Origin: Malacoraja senta
Lineage: Eukaryota
Assembly: GCA_038087875.1 (NCBI GenBank)
Contig: CM075994.1
Span: 9,364,001 to 9,428,000, forward strand
Direction: 5' to 3'
DNA length: 64,000 nt
Shown one piece after another: positions 20,958-30,054 of the stretch (positions are counted from its first letter, which is position 1; every line of letters starts with the position of its first letter). The notes beneath the pieces were generated by a model. It did not search any database and was not told where the DNA came from. It worked only from the letters and a program-made list of their open reading frames with translations. The translations under genes and the position numbers were made by a program.

Positions 20958-23786
20958 TCAGTATCCCGTACCTGCCTTCTCTCCATACCCCCTGATCCCT
21001 TTAGCCAAAAGGGCCACATCAAACTCCCTCTTAAATATAGCCAATGAACTGGCGTCAACTACCATCTGTGGCAGAGAGTTCCAGAGATTCACCACTCTCT
21101 GTGTGAAAAAGTGTACGCAATACTCCAGGTGTGGTCTCACCAAGACCCTGTACAACTGCAGTAGAACCTCCCTGCTCCTATACTCAAATCCTCTTGCTAT
21201 GAAGGCCAACATACCATTCGCTTTCTTCACTGCCTGCTGCACCTGCATGCCTACTTTCAATGACTGGTGTACCATGACACCCAGGTCTCGCTGCACCTCC
21301 CCATTTCCTAATCGGCCACCATTTAGATAATAGTCTGCCTTCCCGTTTTTGCCACCAAAGTGGATAACCTCACATTTATCCACATTATACTGCATCTGCC
21401 AAACATTTGCCCACTCACCCAGCCTATCCAAGTCACCTTGCAGTCTCCTAGCATCCTCCTCACAGCTAAAACTGCCCCCCAGCTTAGTGTCATCCGGAAA
21501 CTTGGAGATGTTGCTTTCAATTCCCTCGTCCAGTTCATTAATATAAATTGTAAATAGCTGGGGTCCCAGCACTGAGCCTTGCGGTACCCCACTAGTCACT
21601 GCCTGCCATTGTGAAAAGGACCCGTTTACTCCTACTCTTTGCTTCCTGTTTGCCAGCCAGTTCTCTATCCACATCAATACTGAACCCCCAATACCGTGTG
21701 ATTTAAGTTTGTATCCTAATCTCTTATGTGGTACCTTGTCGAAAGCCTTCTGAAAGTCCAGATACAACACATCCACTGGTTCTCCGCTATCCACTCTACT
21801 AGTTACATCCTCGAAAAATTCTATAAGATTCGTCAGACACGATTTACCTTTCGTAAATCCATGCTGACTTTGTCCAATGATTTCACCACTTTCCAAATGT
21901 GCTGCTATCCCATCTTTAATAACTGACTCTAGCAGTTTCCCCACTACCGATGTTAGACTAACTGGTCTGTAATTCCCCATTTTCTCTCTCCCTCCCTTCT
22001 TAAAAAGTGGGGTTACGTTTGCTACCTTCCAATCCTCAGGAACTACTCCAGAATCTAAAGTATTTTGAAAAATTATCACTAATGCATCCACTATTTCTGG
22101 AGCTACTTCCTTAAGTACTCTGGGATGCAGCCTATCTGGCCCTGGTGGTTTATCGGCCTTTAATCCATTCAATTTACCCAACACCACTTCCCGACTAACC
22201 TGGATTTCACTCAGTTCCTCCATCTCCTTTGACCCGCGGTCCCCTGCTATTTCCGGCAGATTATTTATGTCTTCCTTAGTGAAGACGGAACCAAAGTAGT
22301 TATTCAATTGGTCCGCCATATCCTTGTTCCCCATGATCAATTCACCTGTTTCTGACTGCAAGGGACCTACATTTGTTTTAACTAATCTCTTTCTCTTCAC
22401 ATATCTATAAAAACTTTTGCAGTCAGTTTTTATGTTCCCTGCCAGTTTCCTTTCATAGTCTATTTTCCCTTTCCTAATTAAGCCCTTTGTCCTCCTCTGC
22501 TGGTCTCTGAATTTCTCCCAGTCCTCTGGTATGCTGCTTTTTCTGGCTAATTTGTACGCAACATCTTTTGCTTTGATACTATCCCTGATTTCCCTTGTTA
22601 TCCACGGATGCACTACCTTCCCTGATTTATTCTTTTGCCAAACTGGGATGAACTTTTTTTGTAGTTCATCCATGCAGTCTTTAAATGCCTTCCATTGCAT
22701 ATCCACCGTCAACCCTTTTAGAACTAATTGCCAGTCAATCTTGGCCAATTCACGTCTCATATCCTCAAAGTTACCTTTCTTTAAGTTCAGAACCGTTGTT
22801 TCTGAATTAACAATGTCACTCTCCATCCTAATGAAGAACTCAACCATATTATGGTCACTCTTGCCCAAGGGGGCACGCACAACAAGTCTGCTAACTAACC
22901 CTTCCTCATTACTCAATACCCAGTCTAGAATAGCCTGCTCTCTCGTTGGTTCCTCTACATGTTGGTTTAGATAACTATCCCTCATACATTCCAAGAAATC
23001 CTCTTCCTCAGCACCCCTGCCAATTTGATTCACCCAATCTATATGTAGATTGAAGTCACCCATTATAATTGTTTTGCCTTTGTTGCACGCATTTCTAATT
23101 TCCTGTTTGATGCCATCCCCAACTTCACTACTACTGCTAGGTGGCCTGTACACAACACCCACCAGCGTTTTCTGCCCCTTAGTGTTTCGTAGCTCTACCC
23201 ATACCGATTCCACATCCTCCAAGCTAATGTCCTTCCTTTTCACTGCGTTAATCTCCTCTCTAACCAGCAACGCTACCCCACCTCCTTTTCCTTTCTCTCT
23301 ATCCCTCCTGAATATTGAATATCCCTGGATGTTCAGCTCCCAGCCTTGGTCACCCTGGAGCCATGTCTCCGTGATCCCAACTATATCATAATCATTAATT
23401 GCTATCTGCACGTTCAACTCATCGAACTTATTACGAATGCTCCTTGCATTGAGACACAAAGCCTTCAGGCTTGTTTTTACAACGCTCTTACCCCTTATAC
23501 AATTATGTTGGAAAGTGGCTCTTTTTGATTTTTGCCCTGCATTTGTCTGCCTGCCACTTTTACTTTTCACCTTGCTACCTATTGCTTCCGCCCGCATTTT
23601 GCACCCCTCTGTTTCTCTGCTCACCCATTTAAGAACCCCACCACCTCTTATTCTCTGTTTATTATTGTTTTCTTCTTTCCCCCCTACATGTTGGGTCTGA
23701 GTGCTTTCCTTCTCTGCCTCCTGCCTCACACACTGTCTAATATCATTCTCTATTTGAGTCCCTCCCCCCAACCATTCTAGTTTAAA
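20958..23786 (-). CDS. CR1 ORF2 (APE endonuclease + reverse transcriptase) with an in-frame C-terminal deletion
   Basis: [57 protein letters not shown]. About 99 codons missing at 21110/21111 compared with the copy at 48606-49167. True start uncertain (frameshift at 23786 or ATG at 23597). Confidence 0.85.
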   Translation of the reverse strand, partial: FKLEWLGGGTQIENDIRQCVRQEAEKESTQTQHVGGKEENNNKQRIRGGGVLKWVSRETEGCKMRAEAIGSKVKSKSGRQTNAGQKSKRATFQHNCIRGKSVVKTSLKALCLNARSIRNKFDELNVQIAINDYDIVGITETWLQGDQGWELNIQGYSIFRRDREKGKGGGVALLVREEINAVKRKDISLEDVESVWVELRNTKGQKTLVGVVYRPPSSSSEVGDGIKQEIRNACNKGKTIIMGDFNLHIDWVNQIGRGAEEEDFLECMRDSYLNQHVEEPTREQAILDWVLSNEEGLVSRLVVRAPLGKSDHNMVEFFIRMESDIVNSETTVLNLKKGNFEDMRRELAKIDWQLVLKGLTVDMQWKAFKDCMDELQKKFIPVWQKNKSGKVVHPWITREIRDSIKAKDVAYKLARKSSIPEDWEKFRDQQRRTKGLIRKGKIDYERKLAGNIKTDCKSFYRYVKRKRLVKTNVGPLQSETGELIMGNKDMADQLNNYFGSVFTKEDINNLPEIAGDRGSKEMEELSEIQVSREVVLGKLNGLKADKPPGPDRLHPRVLKEVAPEIVDALVIIFQNTLDSGVVPEDWKVANVTPLFKKGGREKMGNYRPVSLTSVVGKLLESVIKDGIAAHLESGEIIGQSQHGFTKGKSCLTNLIEFFEDVTSRVDSGEPVDVLYLDFQKAFDKVPHKRLGYKLKSHGIGGSVLMWIENWLANRKQRVGVNGSFSQWQAVTSGVPQGSVLGPQLFTIYINELDEGIESNISKFPDDTKLGGSFSCEEDARRLQGDLDRLGEWANVWQMQYNVDKCEVIHFGGKNGKADYYLNGGRLGNGEVQRDLGVMVHQSLKVGMQVQQAVKKANGMLAFIARGFEYRSREVLLQLYRVLVRPHLEYCVHFFTQRVVNLWNSLPQMVVDASSLAIFKREFDVALLAKGIRGYGEKAGTGY

Positions 23787-24620
23787 GTCTCCCCAGTAGC
23801 CTTTGCAGATTTCCCCGCCAGGATATCGGTCCCCCTCAGGTTCAAGTGCAACCCATCCTTTTTGTACAGGTCGAACCTTCCACAAAAGAGGTCCCAATGA
23901 TCCAGAAATTTGAATCCCTGCCTTCTGCACCAGTCCTTCAGCCACGCATTTATCCTCCACCTCGCTCCATTCCTACTCTCACTGTCGCGTGGCACAGGCA
24001 GTAATCCCGAGATTGTTACCTTTGCTGTCCTTCTCTTTAACTCCCCTCCTAACTCCCTAAATTCTCCTTTCAGGACCTCTTCTCTTTTTTTACCTATGTC
24101 ATTGGTACCTATATGTATCACGACTTCGGGCTCCTCTCCCTGCCCTTTCAGGATGTCTTGGACACGTTGAGACACATCACAGACCCTGGCACCAGGGAGG
24201 CAAACTACCATCCGGGTCTCCCGACTGCGTCCACAGAATCGCCTGTCTGACCCCCTAACTATAGAGTCTCCTATTAATATTGCCCTCCTCTTCTTTTCTT
24301 TACCCTTCTGAGCAACAGGACCGGTCTCTATACCGGAGGCCCGGCCGCTGTCGCTACCCCCAGGTAGGCTGTCCACCCCAACAGTGCTCAAACAGGAGTA
24401 CTTATTGTCAAGGTGTACAGCCACCGGGGTACTCTCTAGTCCCTGCCTGTGCCCCTTGCCTCTCCCAACCGTGATCCACTTGCCTGCCTCCTGTGGTGTT
24501 GGAGTGACCACATCCCTGTAACTCCTCTCGATGACTTCCTCGCTCTCCCTGACCAGACGGAGGTCATCGAGCTGCTGCTCCAGGTTCCTAATACGGTCCA
24601 TTAGGAGCCCCATCTCGATA
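23777..24620 (-). CDS. CR1 ORF1 (coiled coil + SGNH/GDSL esterase-like domain), N-truncated
   Basis: RIRNLEQQLDDL, ILIGDSIVRG, CLPGARV, IHIGTND, DGLHL; ends ETLN*. Confidence 0.85.
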
Positions 24621-24720
24621 CACAAACCCTCCACCTCACACAGACTCACACACACACAGACAGACTCACACACACACACACAGACTCTCACACACACACA
24701 CAGACTCTCACACACACACA

Positions 24721-24760
<40 letters not shown>

Positions 24761-24989
24761 AGACAGAGACACGCACACACACACATATATGTGTGTGTGC
24801 GTGTGAGAGTCTGTGTGTGTGTGAGAGTCTGTGTGTGTGTGTGAGAGAGTCTGTGTGTGTGTGTCTGTGTGTGTGTGAGAGTCTGTGGGTGTGTGAGAGT
24901 CTGTGTGTGTGTGTGTGTGAGAGTCTGTGTGTGTGTGTGTGAGTCTGTCTGTGTGTGTGTGAGTCTGTGTGAGGTGGAGGGTTTGTGTG
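24620..24989. repeat. Inverted duplication of a CA/TG microsatellite region
   Basis: acacaaaccctccacctcacacagactc at 24620 and its reverse complement ending at 24989; strand switch near 24788. Confidence 0.85.
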
Positions 24990-25394
24990 TGATCAACAAA
25001 TAACAAATAGTACAAATAATATAGTATTTCGTAGTTCAGAGCTTATTTGTTATGTTTAATAGGCTGATGGCTGTCAGGAAGAAGCTGTTCCTCAATGTGG
25101 ATGTGACAGTTTTCAGTTTACAAAAGTCGGACGTCACTCCAGAAGTCGGCCATAAGTCAGGCAATCCATAAGCAGTGATTCAGTCTGTCAGTCCAGAGGC
25201 CATGAGTGAGTCAGTCAGTCAGTCCAGAGACCATGAGTTAGTCCCAAGGCAGTGAGTGAGTCCAGAGGCCCACGAGAGCCCCCGCCTGAAGCCGTCCCCC
25301 TCAGTCGGCTGCATAACGTTTACCACACCGACAGCCGCCGCCTCAAAAAAATGTTTTGCACAAATTCTTCAGTGAGTCCAAAGAATTAAGAATG

Positions 25395-25822
25395 ACAACA
25401 AAACAATGGAATTCTTTAATTTGCCACAACCAAGAAATTGAAGGGTGCACCTTGATGATGACAATCCAGCATTGCTGCAGGAATTGCTATAGGATAGAAC
25501 TGAACAACAGCAATTTGTTGAGGAGAATGGGCCTCTGCTGAATGCTGAGCAGCGAGCAGTGTATGCACTCAATTTAACAGAAGGTGAAGACATTCCCCTT
25601 CTGCAGACCCAATTCCCCATTCAATCAAATTTTGCTATGACGATCCATAAAGCACAAGGACAAACAATGCAGAAGGTGTTGATCTACCTCGACAAACCGG
25701 TATTTCAACATGGACAACTATATGTGTCCCTTAGCCGAGGAAAGATGAAGGGAAATGTCGAAGTTTTCCTAAAGGATGGAACATCGACCAAGAATGTTGT
25801 CATTAAAAGCGTGCTTCGTTGA
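25395..25822 (+). pseudogene. Helitron RepHel remnant (PIF1-type helicase ends, core deleted)
   Basis: [17 protein letters not shown] is joined to [43 protein letters not shown]...TKNVV (C-terminal SF1B helicase motifs). Confidence 0.85.
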
Positions 25823-26224
25823 ATGATGACTTCTGAGATAAATTCTCAGATTTTCTTTGTTAAAATTTGACCGCTCAATCTCTATATTTAAATTGTCTCT
25901 TTTTTTATCAACAGCAAAGCGACATAAAAACGCAGTGAGCAGCAACAAGAGGCACAACAAGAAATAACTTAATAATTCTCATCTTTAACATTTAAATTGT
26001 TCTTATATTTTAAGTCATTCACATTTTAAACTTTAATAAATCCTTTTTCCACTTTTCATGCTTGCGTATTCTTCATCACAATGGGAACCTAATGGGCAGG
26101 AATGGCCACTGTGGGAGAACCACTAAGAGTGCATGTGGGGAGGTTGTGGGGAGATGGACTGAATGCGCGGGGGGGAGTGGAATGGCAAGGAGCAGAGTGG
26201 GGAGGGGGGGTGAAGGGAAGAGGG

Positions 26225-26580
26225 GTGACTAAGTGAACCGCCAGCGTACCAGGCGTGAGTGACTGCACTACCAACCCACCAGCCGTGAGTAAGTGAACTG
26301 CCAGCCCACCAGCTGTCAGTGACTGAACTGCCCGCCCACCAGCCGTGATTAAGTGAACTGCCAGCCCACCAGCTGTAAGTAAGTGCACTGCCAGCCCACC
26401 AGCTGTATGTGACTGAATTGCCAGCCCACCATCCATGAGTGACTGTACTGCCAGTCCACCAGCCGTGAGTAAGTGAACTGCCAGCCCACCAGCCGCGAGT
26501 GACTGCACTGCAAGCCCACCAGCCCTGAGTAAGTGAACTGCCAGCCCACCAGCCATAAGTGACTGAACTGCCAGCCCAAT
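26225..26580. repeat. 30-bp minisatellite, reverse complement of 9255-9627
   Basis: ~12 copies of gtgactgaactgccagcccaccagccgtga. Confidence 0.9.
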
Positions 26581-28047
26581 AATCCATTCAGTCCACCCTC
26601 TCTCCCTTCTCTCTCACAGTCTGTCACCTTTTGGGCAGAATTTCTGGCAGTTTCTCAGCTGCCATCCTGCCAGGTCTGAGTGACTGTACTGCCAGGCATC
26701 AGTGACTGAGCTGCCTGGCCTCAGTGACTGAGATGCCAAGAATCCATTCGGCCCACAATGTCTATACTAGCCCTCCGGAAAACAGTCCCTTCGGCCCAAA
26801 ACACCCATACTAGCGCAACAGAAAGTCTCCCAACCCGATAATAATAAGATAATAGTCCAAAACTTTGATAGCATGAAACGTCTTCCTCCATGTCCGATCA
26901 ACTCATTGATGTGTTGTAACAGCAATGTTGAAGTATGAAAATCCTTCAAAAGAATAACAGGATCTTTAACAATAAAGTTCACCGTTAAGTTTGATTTAAT
27001 GTCTGAGTCATTAGCAGGGATTTCAAATCCCATCTCAAGCCTTGGCCATTCTCTGTCTGGCTTGCAGAGAGATTTTAGTTCATTGATTCATTTCTTCTCG
27101 CTTAAGAAGCGGTTCACTGTCAGTTCTGTGGAAACTTCATTCGCAGAATTTTCTTCTGTGTCAACATATTTCAGTTGTACAACAATAGTAACTCCCAATG
27201 CTCTCTCCATTGGCAGATTGTCTTTGTCCAAATCCAACTCTCTGGTTTCTTTGGCTCTGTCATCTAGTGAAATGCTTTCACAATTGTCGCTGTCCTACTT
27301 TGAAAGTATAAATCCTCCCTTATTGCAAAGAGAAGTCAGATGTTCTACTGGTAGAATTGCTTCCTGCTCAGTAGACATAGATTTTAAGCAATCATCCTTG
27401 TAGAAGTTATTCTTCAAAGAGATTCTTCATTCATGAAATTTACTATTCTCGCCAAACTTGTGTCTCAAAGGCTGGGTACGTTGCTCTGCCATACGACGAT
27501 TATTCGGCAGATTAACACTTTCTTGTTTGAAAGGTAAGTCCCCACAACAGTGTCCATCAGTTTTCACTGAATAGTTCATAACATCCATGAACTTCAACTC
27601 TTCATTCGACATCGCTTCAGATGGTTTGCTGGTACTTTCATTAGAGTCATGATTGTATGGCTTCATCACCGACTTTTCTAATTCATCAGTAGATATTTGA
27701 TTAACAGCAATGGCAGGACAGTTCATCTGATTTCTGATTTCGTGGTTCCTTTTCAAGGAGCCATAGATAACCCATCAAAGTCGGGTTTTTGTAGCATACG
27801 GTCCTTCCCCTTGGCTCCTAACAATCTGTATAGGTTCCAAAGCCTTCAAAACATTCATTCCGATCAGTAGATCAACACTAGAATTTATTTGACTTCCGGT
27901 GGCGCTATGGAGGCATAAAGCCCAGCGTCAACTAGCTCCGTGCTGTAAATCTGAAAACGGGAGAAAAATCGGGACTTACCTGTGGCGACTGCGATTTGAA
28001 CGGCTGCCTGCTGCGAGTGACGTCATCAGGCGAGCGACTCTACCGGT

Positions 28048-29080
28048 ATGTCGATGCAACATACCCCCCCCAGGGGGACAAAAAAGGCCGGTAAAGCAAA
28101 AGAACCGACGGAAGAGGTAGGCCTAACCGAGGCCTTGGCCTCAGGTGCAACGATGCCCCAGGAAGACACATTGAAGAAAACAAGGCAAAAAAAATCGGAA
28201 GTTGAAGAACTTAAAAACTTTCTCACCATTGAAATTAAAAATATTCAAGTACAGTTGAAAGCCTTTGAGAAAAAGCTGAATTTTAAAGAGGAACTTAACT
28301 CTTTTAAGGTAGATTTTAAAGCAGAAATGATTTCTACCGTCCAAGGCATACTGGAGGATTGGAAGGGGTCAGATGGAAGAGGTGGAAGACAGGATCACTT
28401 CGGTGGAATCGAACCTTAATGAAAAGTTGGACCCCATCCATCTGATATTGGATCAACAAAATACAGCAATAACTGAACTAGAGAAATGTGCTGTGACAAG
28501 TGCGGAAACTGTAAATCGACTCCTTACCGAAAATCAACGCCTCTCCGAAATGGTGACTAAACTAAGTGGAAAGTGTACTGACCTGGAGGGGTGTCAAAGA
28601 CGCCAGAACTTAAGAATTGTAGGTGTTAAAGAAGGAAGAGAGAGGGGTACTGGCCCTCGGGATTTTGCGGCAGATTTACTACAAAAAGCCCTAAAATTGG
28701 ATCAAAAACCTTTACTTGGTCGAGCACATAGAGCGCAGGGGCGTCGTACACGAGATGATGCTCACCCAAGACAAATTATAGTAAAGGTGCAACTTGATCA
28801 CGAATTTGATGATATAATGAAGAAAATTGTCCGTAGCAGAGAGCTCTATTTTGAAGGAGAGAGGATCAGTATCTACCGAGACTACCCGGCGGAGGTGTTC
28901 AAGAAGAGAGCGCTGTTTACTGGGACAAAAAGAATACTGAGGAACATACCTGATTTGAGATACGGCTTGATTTATCCCGCAACACTAAGAGTCACCTACA
29001 AAGAGAAGGAGCAACTTTTTATAGACCATGAAAAAGCACTGGAATATGCCAAAGGCATCGGGAATGTGACCACAGACTGA
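28048..29080 (+). pseudogene. L1 ORF1 (coiled coil, RRM, CTD), one frameshift near 28370
   Basis: DLEGCQRRQNLRIVGVKEG, RAHR, IYRDYP, YGLIYPATLRV. Confidence 0.88.
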
Positions 29081-30054
29081 ACAATATACATCACTCCCCA
29101 GGAGTCAAGGAGCAACGGGACCTTGCCAGGTCTAAAAGGAACTTTAAAGTACTTTTAAGAACTTTAAGGACTACTGAAAATTGAAAAGGACATTGGAGAA
29201 AACCTGGGTTTTTTTTTCTCTCTTAATTTCTTCATTTTTATATTCATCTTTTGTGTTTAGTATAAATTCCAAGAACAATAATATCACAGTTATTGTTAAT
29301 TGTTACTAATCACTATTACTATTTAGTATATTCACATTTAACCATACATTTAACTACTAATACTTATTAAATATCAATATTACTACTAAATTTATTAACA
29401 TCTATATTATTCATAAATATTTCCTATTGTGTATGATTACTAACAATGATTAATAACTAACAGTTTCTGGTTAACGTAGAAATAGTTTATATATATATTA
29501 TATGATTATAAGTAAGAGTTAATTTAGCTCATGTATTAATAAGGCTTGATGGTTTTTCTCTTTATTTTTCAACTAAAAATTAAAAATACATACTTAAAGA
29601 GGATATTAACACGGTATTTAGAGAATAATGATGTTGTTAACTAAGGAATTAACAAATCCTTTTGTTTAATTTTTTTTGTTACTCCCAAAGAAATTATTTT
29701 ATTGTTAAAAATATTTTCATTATTTTTTTGGAAAGCACGGAGCTAGGATTTTTTCTTTTACAAAGGCTACGGAAGTCTTTAGAATTCTAGCCACGCTAGT
29801 GTGGCTATCACTAACTACACTAATTGTAGATGTAGTTTCTTTTCTCTCTCACTATACTAACCAATTATATTACTTCTTTCACTTTAAATATTGTTATAAT
29901 TTTAAGTTTGAATGGAACTTCAAGATTAATTCAAGGAGATGTGTTCGGAAGAGCGATGTACGTAATTTAAAATTCATCTATCTGAGGTTCGGGGACAGGA
30001 TCAGGTCTTGTGTGTTGTACCTTCTGCTCGGTTATAGACCACCCTAGAAACAAT

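Larger units (their letters stand above)
20861..24620 (-). mobile_element. Near full-length young CR1 LINE (ORF1 esterase + ORF2 APE-RT)
   Basis: Both ORFs are stop-free; tail (gatacata)n at 20862; 5' end truncated inside ORF1. Confidence 0.95.
16376..26836 (+). mobile_element. Composite Helitron (unit G), inverted relative to F and expanded by nested LINEs; may be two adjacent elements
   Basis: 5' TCTATATTACTAAAACTAAG; 16376-18010 is colinear with the reverse complement of F; 26225-26836 matches the F 3' region; terminal hairpin lost at the BEL junction. Confidence 0.6.

Noticed and set aside
20935..23780. Recurrent antisense ORFs in CR1 copies (MIMADHP.., MPPKWIT..)
   Set aside because: Shadow frames of ORF2 that recur only because the element is repeated.
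24621..25015. N-terminal ~130 aa of the 412-aa ORF 23777-25015
   Set aside because: Read-through of CA/TG microsatellite upstream of the CR1 truncation point.
25559..25822. Cellular PIF1 helicase exon
   Set aside because: The helicase core is deleted, upstream sequence has stops, and the context is a Helitron.
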